Source: Candidatus Aminicenantes bacterium JdFR-78 (GTDB lineage Bacteria; Acidobacteriota; Aminicenantia; JdFR-78). Taken from it: a stretch of 64,000 nucleotides of DNA. The notes under the pieces are model-generated. The model worked only from the letters and a program-made list of their open reading frames with translations. It had not been told where the DNA came from and ran no database searches. Of the stretch, positions 36,807 through 45,632 are shown in pieces. Every line of letters starts with the position of its first letter. Position 1 is the first letter of the stretch. The stretch spans positions 59,966 through 123,965 of the forward strand of contig MTON01000022.1 of assembly GCA_002010665.1 (NCBI GenBank), given 5' to 3'. Both the position numbers and the translations under genes were made by a program.

Positions 36807-37580
36807 TTAACTTAATTCTTTTTCAATTAGTCTGATTCTAAATAGTAATTGTTCTTTTTCTATAATTTGTTGAATTTTCTTAATATTTTCAAAATCAGGT
36901 TGTTCTTTCAACTGAATAACATCATAAAATAGAAATTCTATTTGATTGCAAATTCTCCTCGCCTTCATTAAACTCAAACTATCCAGTTTTTCATCGAAAT
37001 ATTTTTTTTGAATCAAAAGGTCTTTTGCCCTTTTTGAGGTAAGATCAATTGTCCATGGATCAACTTCCTCTGGTGAGGTGAATTTCATTAAATCCGTAAG
37101 CAATAACTGACTTTGTTTTAAATATTCAACTGTTTCTTTCCTTGCGACAGAATATTCCATATTTTCAAAAGAGGATGACGAAACAAAAAATTCATTCTTT
37201 GCAAAATGTTTTTTCGACCAGGGTTGAAATAGAATTAATATTGTTATTCCTATTATGATAATTAAGGATATAACTGCAGTTAAAATCGGATTTAATTTCA
37301 TGATTTTAAGGTGATACACCCTTTTCTCACGGATAATCTCTCTCTCAATTCTTCTCATAATCATTGAAGGAATATTTTCCCAGTTAATTGTATTTATTGT
37401 TTCATTAATTTCCCTTTTATTATCTTCCAGATTTTCAAATAAAATTTTTAAATTTTTAAATTCTTTGAAACAGTCCTCACATTCTTTCAAGTGATTTTTT
37501 ACAAAATTAATTTTCTTATACGACAATTCTTCAAGATAAAATGAAATCAATAATTTTCTAATTTTTCTGCATTTTCTCAT
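36807..37580 (-). CDS. ZAS-type anti-sigma factor, single-pass membrane
   Basis: 257 aa; HLKECEDC (HxxxCxxC) near N-terminus; TM helix (ILTAVISLIIIIGITILILF); overlaps the ECF sigma gene by 23 nt. Confidence 0.65.
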   Translation of the reverse strand: MRKCRKIRKLLISFYLEELSYKKINFVKNHLKECEDCFKEFKNLKILFENLEDNKREINETINTINWENIPSMIMRRIEREIIREKRVYHLKIMKLNPILTAVISLIIIIGITILILFQPWSKKHFAKNEFFVSSSSFENMEYSVARKETVEYLKQSQLLLTDLMKFTSPEEVDPWTIDLTSKRAKDLLIQKKYFDEKLDSLSLMKARRICNQIEFLFYDVIQLKEQPDFENIKKIQQIIEKEQLLFRIRLIEKELS

Positions 37581-38157
37581 TTTTATTTCCCCTTATAAAT
37601 CTATTAACTATGCTCTGTAAACTTTTAATAGCTCTATGATTCAGGGATTTTGCTGTGCCAATAGAGATTTTCATAATTTTGGAAATTTCATTGTATTTAA
37701 GTCCTTCATAATACTTCATAATAAAAACCATCTTTTGTTTGTAAGGTAAGTACTGAATGGATTTTTTAAGAATTTCTTTAAAATCAGAAGCAGAACTCTG
37801 TCTTTCATCCAGTGTATGAACCGTATGATTTTCCTTTAATTTATTTATCAACTTATTAGTTCTATGTAATTTCCGATAATGATCGATACACAAATTAGAT
37901 GCTATCTTATAAATCCAGTTTTGAAAGTTTCTTCCTTCTGTAAAATATTTTATTTTCTGATAAACTCTTAAAAATGTTTCCTGAACTATCTCCATAGCCT
38001 CTTCCTCATCCTGAAAATAACAATAGGCGAGTCTAAATATCTTTTTCTGATAAAGTTTGATGAGAAAATTAAATGCTTCTTTATCCCCGCATTTAATTCT
38101 TCTGATAATTTCTTTCTCTGGTTCATTTTTCTTTTTTATTTCCTTTCCTGACTGCAT
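37558..38157 (-). CDS. ECF-type RNA polymerase sigma-70 factor
   Basis: 199 aa; region 2 (IFRLAYCYFQDEEEAMEIVQETFLRVYQKIKYF...WIYKIASNLCIDHYRK) and region 4 (KMVFIMKYYEGLKYNEISKIMKISIGTAKSLNHRAIKSLQ). Confidence 0.8.
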   Translation of the reverse strand: MQSGKEIKKKNEPEKEIIRRIKCGDKEAFNFLIKLYQKKIFRLAYCYFQDEEEAMEIVQETFLRVYQKIKYFTEGRNFQNWIYKIASNLCIDHYRKLHRTNKLINKLKENHTVHTLDERQSSASDFKEILKKSIQYLPYKQKMVFIMKYYEGLKYNEISKIMKISIGTAKSLNHRAIKSLQSIVNRFIRGNKNEKMQKN

Positions 38158-38165
38158 TAATTGAC

Positions 38166-38588
38166 TTACTCAAGCCAGATTAAAATGCTAGTATTTTCTT
38201 CGAGATCTTCAACTTCTAACAATAAACCTGGGCCAAGCTCTGATAAATTGGTGAACTTACTCCAGTCAATATCGAAATAAGAAGAAGTAGAATTTTCAAT
38301 CTCATATTTTGCATGTTTCAAACCCATTTTCAGGATAAGCTCTACAAGCCACATTGGTGCTGAAATTCTTATTAGATCCCTGGACTCTCCATCATAGACT
38401 AATAAGTTCAGTTTATGAGCTATATGCTTTCTCTCAGGATACTTTTCATGTATTTTCTGAATTTCATTTTTCGCCTTTTCAATTACTCTTGAAGGATATT
38501 TAACATTTTCCTGAATTTGAAGAACAAAACATCCATTTAAAATAAAAAGACTTAAAATAACAATCAGTATAAAAATTTTTTTAGTCAT
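38166..38588 (-). CDS. lipoprotein with the shared IW(I/V/L)E C-terminal domain (first gene of ECF operon)
   Basis: 140 aa; lipobox LNGC; C-terminus LIRISAPMWLVELILK...LGPGLLLEVEDLEENTSILIWLE. Confidence 0.55.
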   Translation of the reverse strand: MTKKIFILIVILSLFILNGCFVLQIQENVKYPSRVIEKAKNEIQKIHEKYPERKHIAHKLNLLVYDGESRDLIRISAPMWLVELILKMGLKHAKYEIENSTSSYFDIDWSKFTNLSELGPGLLLEVEDLEENTSILIWLE

Positions 38589-38624
38589 TCTTTCTCTCCA
38601 ATATTCATATTTTCTTCACTATTA

Positions 38625-38652
38625 TTTACGAAATGAAAAACGAAAAGGTTCA
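38625..38652 (-). promoter_or_regulatory. ECF-sigma-type promoter TGAACC-N16-CGTAAA
   Basis: Minus strand GTGAACC-ttttcgtttttcattt-CGTAAAT, about 35 nt upstream of the operon start; resembles ECF -35 (G)GAAC / -10 CGT(A) promoters, consistent with autoregulation. Confidence 0.4.
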
Positions 38653-38765
38653 CCTGAAACTAAAAGCTAAGAATTAAAAACGAAAAATTAATAGATTCTA
38701 AACCGGGAAAATAGTTTTTAATTTTAAATTGTAATTTTTAATTTTTCGCTTTTAGCTTTTAATTT

Positions 38766-40955
38766 TTAGAATCTCCACCAATAGGAAAATTTCACGAAAA
38801 AGTATCTGCTTGAACGGTGATAAACCCCCATTTCATCACCAACTTGTGTGTCATCAATCCCAATATAGAAAACCGTTCCTGGTCGATATTCATAACTGAA
38901 TAGGAAACTATTATATATTTTCCTGTCATAGCTATTGTAATCTGTAATTAACCTAATTGAAAGGGTCTTACTTATCTGATAATTTATTCTTTGTGTAAAA
39001 AGATTAACCTTATATACCCTTTCTCCCCCTTTCCGTTTATAAAATCGTGTGCTATCAAACTTATAAAAAATTCTTAAATTCGTTAAAGGTCTTAATTCTG
39101 CCTGTATTTCATTACCGACTTTATAGCCAAGATATGGAGGATTTCCCCAATAATATATGCCATCTCCCATAGAGAATTCCACTCTTCCATTAAGCCATTT
39201 AAACGGTTCAATAGAAAAATTGAATCTGAATTCTTTCTTATGAAAATCAATTCCCCTATATTTTTCAAATGCTTTTGAAAACACAAACCACAGGTGAGAT
39301 TGTCTCCATCCATTGAGAAACCCAAAAAAGCTTATTACCTCATCTGTAAGAGTATTTTTGAAATCATAAATTCTTCTATATGAAATTGAAGGAGTTATTG
39401 AGATTAAATATTCCTTTTCAGGCAAAAAAGTATATCCAAATCTTGTGTTGAAACTTTTGATATCCTTTCTTCTAATAAATCCACTTGATGCTTCAAATTC
39501 AGGATGAATGGATGTCCATTCAATATTAAACCTTATGTGTCTAGAAGATTGATTCAAACTTATATTGAAAGCAGGAGCTAATGCTGTTTTAGTCTCTCCT
39601 ACTTTGCTCTGAGACCCTAAAAATTGAAACGAAAGCCTGTAATATTTATGAAATTTAAAATGTCCATCAATCCCAAATACACGATTATAATTTTTATTCA
39701 GATAACCTGATGGGCCCATTTCTTTATCTGTTAGAGAAAAACCTATATAAGACTCTGAAAATATATCCTGCCGTAGTCTCAATATATTGATTAATGCCTT
39801 CTCAGAACCGCCTGTTCTATCCTTTTCCATATAAGGAATATCAATTCTAGTTGGATTCTCATCATAAGAGCTCATAAATCCAATTGTTGTTTTTCCTAGT
39901 TTCCCTGTCAATTTAATACCCCACAGAGGATCAATAATCTTTCTAGTATAAACAATATTTATGGGAGTGGAAAAATAATCACTTCCTTCTAAAAAGAAAG
40001 GTCTTTTCTCAGGATAATAAATAGCATATCTCTGATTCACCTCATTTTGTGGTATGTCAGATTCTACCTGGCTAAAATCAGGATTTATAGTTAAATCAGC
40101 GGTCAAATTCGAGGTAATACCGTATTTCAAATTTGTCCCAAATTCAGGGTTAATTTTGCCTCCATCTGATTGTAAAGCAGTAATGACAGGCATTAATTCA
40201 AAATTTCTCCCTTTTTCTATTTCCCCATCAATTATTATTATTCCTGATTGTATCAAAAAACCATTTACATCTCTTGAACGAGGATACCAATATATTTCCT
40301 CATTCTTCCTTCTTATTGTTCTGTTAATCTGTAAGCCCCATTTCTGAACTGGCGAATTCGGGAATCTCAAACTCTTGAAAGGGACAGCAATTTCAATTAC
40401 ATATCCATCTTTATTGATTTTTCCATCAGACAGAAAATAAGTGTCCCAGTTAAAATCTATTTTTTCCCAGCCTCCTCGTCTTCTTCCTCTTCCGCTTTCC
40501 GTAAATATCCCGTCACTCTGTATTCCCTTGGGATTTATTCTAAATACAAATGCCCTTTTTTTATCATTAAAAGTGTCCAGGTAAATCGTGATAAAATCAT
40601 CACCTCTGGCTTTATCCCTTTTTGTAAGAGAAGCTCTAATCTTATTAGGTTCAGAATCATAACAGTAAAAAGCAAAATAAAGAAATTTGCTATCATACCC
40701 AATATAAGCAACAGTTTTCTCACTCGGTTCTGCACCTTCCTTTGGCTCATATTGAGTGAAATTCTCGAGTTTGACAGCCTCCTCCCATATTGGATTCTCC
40801 AGCACTCCATCTATTTTTGGTTTATGAGAAAGTCTGGGAATTTTAATTGTGTAAATATCTTTTGAATTTAGTTGAGAAAAACACAATTGTGGAATCAAAA
40901 AAATTAAAAAAACAAAAATCAAAGAGAACTTCTTGAGTCTCAACACCTCTACCAT
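38766..40955 (-). CDS. DUF5916-like large secreted/outer-membrane protein with N-terminal CBM9-like domain
   Basis: 729 aa; signal peptide; N-terminal carbohydrate-binding-family-9-like segment (DGVLENPIWEEAVKLENFTQYEPKEGAEPSEKTVAYIGYDSKFLYFAFYC); long beta-rich C-region ending FSYWWRF. Confidence 0.6.
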   Translation of the reverse strand: MVEVLRLKKFSLIFVFLIFLIPQLCFSQLNSKDIYTIKIPRLSHKPKIDGVLENPIWEEAVKLENFTQYEPKEGAEPSEKTVAYIGYDSKFLYFAFYCYDSEPNKIRASLTKRDKARGDDFITIYLDTFNDKKRAFVFRINPKGIQSDGIFTESGRGRRRGGWEKIDFNWDTYFLSDGKINKDGYVIEIAVPFKSLRFPNSPVQKWGLQINRTIRRKNEEIYWYPRSRDVNGFLIQSGIIIIDGEIEKGRNFELMPVITALQSDGGKINPEFGTNLKYGITSNLTADLTINPDFSQVESDIPQNEVNQRYAIYYPEKRPFFLEGSDYFSTPINIVYTRKIIDPLWGIKLTGKLGKTTIGFMSSYDENPTRIDIPYMEKDRTGGSEKALINILRLRQDIFSESYIGFSLTDKEMGPSGYLNKNYNRVFGIDGHFKFHKYYRLSFQFLGSQSKVGETKTALAPAFNISLNQSSRHIRFNIEWTSIHPEFEASSGFIRRKDIKSFNTRFGYTFLPEKEYLISITPSISYRRIYDFKNTLTDEVISFFGFLNGWRQSHLWFVFSKAFEKYRGIDFHKKEFRFNFSIEPFKWLNGRVEFSMGDGIYYWGNPPYLGYKVGNEIQAELRPLTNLRIFYKFDSTRFYKRKGGERVYKVNLFTQRINYQISKTLSIRLITDYNSYDRKIYNSFLFSYEYRPGTVFYIGIDDTQVGDEMGVYHRSSRYFFVKFSYWWRF

Positions 40956-41098
40956 TTGGTTATATATTTAAAAACTGAGTCTTTCCCAATTCCGTTGCAT
41001 TCCTCAAAGAAAAAATCCTTAGAATAAAATTATAAAATACACTACTACCTTTAACAAATGTTTTTTTCATTTTCAATTAGTAGCGAGGAAGGCGTTCA

Positions 41099-41115
41099 GT
41101 CAAATTATCGCAGAC
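41099..41115. repeat. 3' arm of perfect 17-bp inverted repeat GTCAAATTATCGCAGAC flanking the RRM gene
   Basis: Exact reverse complement of 41447-41463; lies 14 nt past the stop codon of the minus-strand RRM gene. Confidence 0.8.
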
Positions 41116-41129
41116 CTTCTATTAACTAT

Positions 41130-41390
41130 TCAGAATCTTTTGAATTTTCTCTTATCTTTTCTCTGGGGTCTTGCCTTATCTACTATAATTTTTCTTCCGT
41201 CGAGTTCGTATCCATTTAAACCACTTATCGCTTCTTGTGCTGATTCACTAGTTTTCATTTCAACAAAACCAAATCCTCTTCCTTCAATAATCTTAACTGA
41301 GCTTACTTCGCCAAACTTTTCGAATACTTCTCTTAATTGTTCTTCCCTTGTCCGGTAATTTAAGTTACCCACATAAAGCTTGTTTGTCAT
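41130..41390 (-). CDS. RRM-type RNA-binding protein
   Basis: 86 aa; RNP2 LYVGNL and RNP1 RGFGFVEM motifs; basic C-tail; strong SD AAGGAGGA. Confidence 0.85.
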   Translation of the reverse strand: MTNKLYVGNLNYRTREEQLREVFEKFGEVSSVKIIEGRGFGFVEMKTSESAQEAISGLNGYELDGRKIIVDKARPQRKDKRKFKRF

Positions 41391-41446
41391 TACGGAATCC
41401 TCCTTATCAAATTATCGAACGCCTTACCCCTCGAATCCCTCGGAGA

Positions 41447-41463
41447 GTCTGCGATAATTTGAC
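41447..41463. repeat. 5' arm of the 17-bp inverted repeat (GTCTGCGATAATTTGAC on plus strand) at the predicted transcription start of the RRM gene
   Basis: Preceded on the minus strand by TTGCAA-N17-AATAAT (41498-41470), placing the start at the first base of the arm; a second copy of the core (CAAATTATCG plus GAACGCC, 41408-41424) lies between arm and SD. Confidence 0.75.
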
Positions 41464-41624
41464 AACCCTATTATTCCATAAAAGATACTTTTTTGCAAAT
41501 AAAATATTTTTCAGACTATGAATTACGAAGTTATTGGCTGAGTTATAATTTTTAATTTGATAAATTCTATAAAAATGTTATATTAAATCTCGTCTATTTT
41601 TAGATAGATTGGGAGAAAGTCAAA

Positions 41625-42071
41625 ATGGAAAACTTTAAAAATGCGAAAATTGTATGCTCCATAATACTTTTTACAGAATTCTTTTATGGGATAATTATTA
41701 TTATCCTTAATAAATTTTCAATCATTCAGTTAAAGCCTTCTCAGATTTTAATCAAATCCTTATATTTTATATCTGCTTTAATTATTATCTCTCTTTTTAT
41801 TTTGAAAAAGTTTATATTTTATTCAAAATCAATGTTAAAACTCTCAAATGATGAATTACGGAGGAAAATGTCGGGCATATTTATACTTCTATGCGCTATT
41901 TCAGAGATTATTTCAATTCTCGGATTGATTCTATATTTTATAACCGGTGTTTTTCAAGCCTCCATTCTGCTTGTAGGAGTTTCGATCCTCTCCACTCTTC
42001 TTGTGTTTCCCTTTGATGCAATAGTTTCAAATTACATTGAAGAAATAAGAAGAAGACGAGAATTTGATTAA
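41625..42071 (+). CDS. small integral membrane protein (about 4 TM), unknown function
   Basis: 148 aa; hydrophobic segments; no known motifs. Confidence 0.4.
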   Translation: MENFKNAKIVCSIILFTEFFYGIIIIILNKFSIIQLKPSQILIKSLYFISALIIISLFILKKFIFYSKSMLKLSNDELRRKMSGIFILLCAISEIISILGLILYFITGVFQASILLVGVSILSTLLVFPFDAIVSNYIEEIRRRREFD

Positions 42072-42081
42072 TAGAAGAAGA

Positions 42082-42603
42082 TTATTTTTTTGCGTACTTA
42101 AATAAATTCCCTGCTTTATAAATTTCGTATTGAACTTTGCTCACTGGATTTGCCTGAAACTTCATTTTCTTTGTAAGATTCTCAATCTCTCCTGTCAGAA
42201 GATCTACTTCTACTTTATCTCCATTTTCAAAACAACTCAGTTTTTCATCAAGCTCTGGGAATGTCAAAATAGCGAGACCTGAATTAATTGCATTTCTTTT
42301 GTAAATAGCTCCGAAGGACTGTGCAATTATTAATGAAATCCCCAATGAAATAAAACAATCTACTGCCTGCTGGCGGGAGGACCCTGCACCAAAGTTCTTA
42401 CCTGCTAAAATAATGTCTCCTTTTTTAGCTTTTTTAGAAAAATCCTCCCATCCTTTTAAATTTCCAAGTGCATATTTTCCCATTTCATTTATATCAGTTA
42501 TGTGCAAGTAAGCATTATGATAAATCTGATCTGTATCTATATCATTTATTAATTTTCCCTTTTCATCTATTAAAATCCAGATTCTTCCTTTTATCTTTTC
42601 CAT
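42082..42603 (-). CDS. aconitase-family small subunit, divergent LeuD-like
   Basis: 173 aa; swivel-domain motifs DTDQIYH and AGKNFGAGSSRQQAV; directly downstream of the divergent LeuC-like gene. Confidence 0.75.
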   Translation of the reverse strand: MEKIKGRIWILIDEKGKLINDIDTDQIYHNAYLHITDINEMGKYALGNLKGWEDFSKKAKKGDIILAGKNFGAGSSRQQAVDCFISLGISLIIAQSFGAIYKRNAINSGLAILTFPELDEKLSCFENGDKVEVDLLTGEIENLTKKMKFQANPVSKVQYEIYKAGNLFKYAKK

Positions 42604-42611
42604 TTTTATTC

Positions 42612-43859
42612 CTAAATTTTATTCGGATTTATTATCTCTCCTGCAATACATGATGAGGCTACAACTGCTGGACTCGCCAAATAAGTCATTCCCTTCCCCT
42701 GTTTTCCAGCAAAATTTCTGTTTCCAGTGCTTATCTGAACCTCTCCTCTTCCTGTAAGACCAGCATGCCCTTCTGCACATCCTCCACAGCCCGGATTTAA
42801 AATTATCGCACCTGCTTTAAATAAAATTTCAATTATCCCCTTTTCCAACAATTTTTTGTAAACTCTTTTTGTTGCAGGAACAATGACTAGCCTGACCCCT
42901 TGCCTTATTTTCTTTCCTTGGAGGATTTTTGATGCTAATTCTATATCCTCTACTCGTCCATTCGTGCACGAACCAATAAATCCAGAATCAATTTTTATAT
43001 TTCTTAAATCAGAGACGTCTTTAACATTAGACGGAGAAAAAGGAACAGCCACGTGAGGAGTCAAGCCCTCTATATCAATTTCAATTATTTCACTATAATT
43101 AGCGTCCTGATCAGCCTTTACTGGTTCAATATCTTTTCCAATAAAATCCTTTAACTCTGAAAGTCTTTTCTGATTAAAGGAAGTAAATCCAATTATGCCT
43201 CCCATCTCTGTTACCATGCTGCAAAGGGTGATTCTTTCAGCAATGGATAAGTTTTCTATGGCTTCTCCATAAAATTCAATTGCCTTACCAAGAGCTTTTT
43301 CAGTGCCAAGATTTTTTAATATGAATAATGTTAAGTCTTTCGCAGTTGCAGGATAGTTAAATTTACCATTAATAATCACTTTTAATGTTTCTGGAACTTC
43401 AAACCATGTCTTTCCAGTTCTAAAGGCGAAGGTAATATCAACATCGCCCATTCCCTGTCCAAAACAACCAACTGCACCTAAAATATTTAAATGGCTGTCT
43501 GTCCCAACAACTGTGGTATTTGGAAGAGCTAAACCCTCCTCCATTAGAACATGGGAACCAATGCCCATATCAACATCAAAGATTTTAATACCGTGTTTCT
43601 TAGCAAATTCTCTGCAAATTTGTTGGTTGTCAGCATATTTAAGTGTTTTTGCAGGTGCAACCAAGTCAAAGGTGAAAAAAGTTTTTTCAGGATCTGCAAC
43701 CCGTTGATCACCATACTCTCTTTCGTAATTCTTTACCACATTTGCTCCACCAAAATCCCGGGCTGAACGAATATCAAGATCCATCCAGACAATTTTTCCA
43801 GGACTTACTTCTTCATTCGTGTGTAATTGAATTATTTTTTCGATTATTGTCTTTCCCAT
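42612..43859 (-). CDS. aconitase-family large subunit, divergent LeuC-like
   Basis: 415 aa; VGTDSHLNI, IGSCTNGRVEDI, NPGCGGCAEGHAG; N-terminal region differs from the canonical LeuC at 30156-31409. Confidence 0.8.
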   Translation of the reverse strand: MGKTIIEKIIQLHTNEEVSPGKIVWMDLDIRSARDFGGANVVKNYEREYGDQRVADPEKTFFTFDLVAPAKTLKYADNQQICREFAKKHGIKIFDVDMGIGSHVLMEEGLALPNTTVVGTDSHLNILGAVGCFGQGMGDVDITFAFRTGKTWFEVPETLKVIINGKFNYPATAKDLTLFILKNLGTEKALGKAIEFYGEAIENLSIAERITLCSMVTEMGGIIGFTSFNQKRLSELKDFIGKDIEPVKADQDANYSEIIEIDIEGLTPHVAVPFSPSNVKDVSDLRNIKIDSGFIGSCTNGRVEDIELASKILQGKKIRQGVRLVIVPATKRVYKKLLEKGIIEILFKAGAIILNPGCGGCAEGHAGLTGRGEVQISTGNRNFAGKQGKGMTYLASPAVVASSCIAGEIINPNKI

Positions 43860-43865
43860 TTTTTC

Positions 43866-44993
43866 TTAAAGTTTATCAGCAACTGCTTTTGCAACATCTA
43901 GAGTTGAAGCATTACCTCCCATATCATAGGTGCGAACTTTTCCCTCCTTAATTACTTCAGCAATTGCATTCTCCAGTCTCTGAGCTTTTTCATTTTCGCC
44001 GAGCCAGTCGAGCATCATCTTTGTTGCCAAAAGCATTGCAATTGGATTCACCTTATATTGACCAGCATATTTTGGTGCAGAGCCATGGGTTGGTTCAAAA
44101 ACAGCATAATTATCACCTATATTACCTGCACATGCAAAACCCAGACCACCCACTAACTGTGCTGCTAAATCAGAAATAATATCACCAAAAAGATTCTCAG
44201 CTACAAGCACATCATAGTCCTCTGGATTTTTTACAAGCCACATTGCCATGGCATCTACATTTGCCTCCCATAATTCCACATCTGGATATTCCTTTGCAAT
44301 TTCTCTTGCAACTTTTAGCATCAAACCTCCTGTTTCTCTTAAAACATTTGGCTTTTCAACAACTGTTACTGACTTTCTTTTGTATTTTCTTGCATATTCA
44401 AAAGCTTGTCTTACAATTCTCTCACAACCTTTTTTTGTCATAATCCTTGTTGAAATTGCTATTTCATCAGCTGGAACATCCTTAAATTTTTCCATCTTTG
44501 GATGAATTAGTAGAGCCTCTCTCACCTTATCAGGAAGAGGATGAAACTCAACACCAGCATACATTCCTTCTGTATTTTCTCTGAATATCACCAAATCTAT
44601 TCCATCTCTGTAATTAAGGGGATTTCCTGAATAGGCTTTACAAGGTCTTAAATTTGTATAAAGATCAAATTCCTGACGAAGTCTCACGATTGGGCTGAAA
44701 TAGGTATAGCCTTTTCCACGCAATGAAGGATCAAGCTCCTTCTCAGCATCTTCCTTTGGCTTCGAAGTTATAGCTCCAAATAAGCAGACATCGGTTTCTC
44801 TCAATAACTCAAGAGTTCTATCCGGGAGAGGATTTCCCTCTGTACACCAGTATTTCCATCCGATCTCTCCTTCAAAGTATTCAGCGTCAAGTTCGATTTT
44901 TTCAAGAACAATTTTCGCCGCATCCATAACATCATTTCCTATTCCATCTCCCGGTAAAAGGGCTATTTTATATTTAGCCATTAATCCCTCCAA
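43866..44993 (-). CDS. isocitrate / isopropylmalate dehydrogenase family (beta-decarboxylating dehydrogenase)
   Basis: 375 aa; KIALLPGDGIGNDV; LRQEFDLYTNLRP; NLFGDIISDLAAQLVGGLG; substrate-loop region resembles IDH/homoisocitrate DH as much as LeuB. Confidence 0.85.
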   Translation of the reverse strand: MEGLMAKYKIALLPGDGIGNDVMDAAKIVLEKIELDAEYFEGEIGWKYWCTEGNPLPDRTLELLRETDVCLFGAITSKPKEDAEKELDPSLRGKGYTYFSPIVRLRQEFDLYTNLRPCKAYSGNPLNYRDGIDLVIFRENTEGMYAGVEFHPLPDKVREALLIHPKMEKFKDVPADEIAISTRIMTKKGCERIVRQAFEYARKYKRKSVTVVEKPNVLRETGGLMLKVAREIAKEYPDVELWEANVDAMAMWLVKNPEDYDVLVAENLFGDIISDLAAQLVGGLGFACAGNIGDNYAVFEPTHGSAPKYAGQYKVNPIAMLLATKMMLDWLGENEKAQRLENAIAEVIKEGKVRTYDMGGNASTLDVAKAVADKL

Positions 44994-45030
44994 TTTATGA
45001 AATTTGAAATTTGAATAATGTGTTTAATTT

Positions 45031-45525
45031 CTATTTTCCAGCTTCTAATTTCTTCTTAGTATAGGCTATCAGTCCTCCTTCTTTTAGAATCTGAACAACT
45101 GATTCCGGAAGTGGAGGAAAATTAAATGTTCTCTTTTCTGTGATTATTTTCCCTTCATTAAAATCTATTTCGATTTCCTCTCCATTTTGTATAGCATCAA
45201 CTGCCTGTGCACATTGAATAACTGGTAAACCCTGGTTTATCGCATTTCTAAAAAATATTCGTGCAAATGATTTAGCAATAATTGCTCCGACTCCTGCGTA
45301 TTTCAAACAAGTTGCTGCCTGTTCACGTGAACTCCCGCAACCAAAATTTTTTCCAGCTACTATAATATCTCCCTTCTTCACATTTTTAGAAAAATCAGGG
45401 TCAAGGTCTTCGAGAGCATGCTTTGCCATTTCTTCTGGATCTGTTATGGAATAAGTGTATTTACCAGGGAAAATTACATCCGTGTTGATATTATCACCAT
45501 ATTTCCAGACCTTACCCCTAATCAT
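45031..45525 (-). CDS. 3-isopropylmalate-dehydratase-type small subunit (canonical archaeal-type LeuD)
   Basis: 164 aa; [17 protein letters not shown]; [14 protein letters not shown]. Confidence 0.8.
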   Translation of the reverse strand: MIRGKVWKYGDNINTDVIFPGKYTYSITDPEEMAKHALEDLDPDFSKNVKKGDIIVAGKNFGCGSSREQAATCLKYAGVGAIIAKSFARIFFRNAINQGLPVIQCAQAVDAIQNGEEIEIDFNEGKIITEKRTFNFPPLPESVVQILKEGGLIAYTKKKLEAGK

Positions 45526-45632
45526 GGCAAATTGATTTTACCAATTTCTCGTTTATGAATCAATATTCAAAAATTGTAGAAAAAACCGCATCTATATGAT
45601 AACAGTTACTAGATTTTTAAAGAAAAATTTAT

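Noticed and set aside
44230-44250. TGGCAT-like motifs inside coding sequence (44236 region and 52595 region)
   Set aside because: GG-to-GC spacing is off by one and both are intragenic. Likely chance matches.
45526-45632. Leucine leader peptide / attenuator or T-box upstream of the leuD-DH-leuC cluster
   Set aside because: The only short ORF (MRFFLQFLNIDS) has two Leu codons and no terminator/antiterminator pair. No T-box specifier or T-loop-binding motif is visible.
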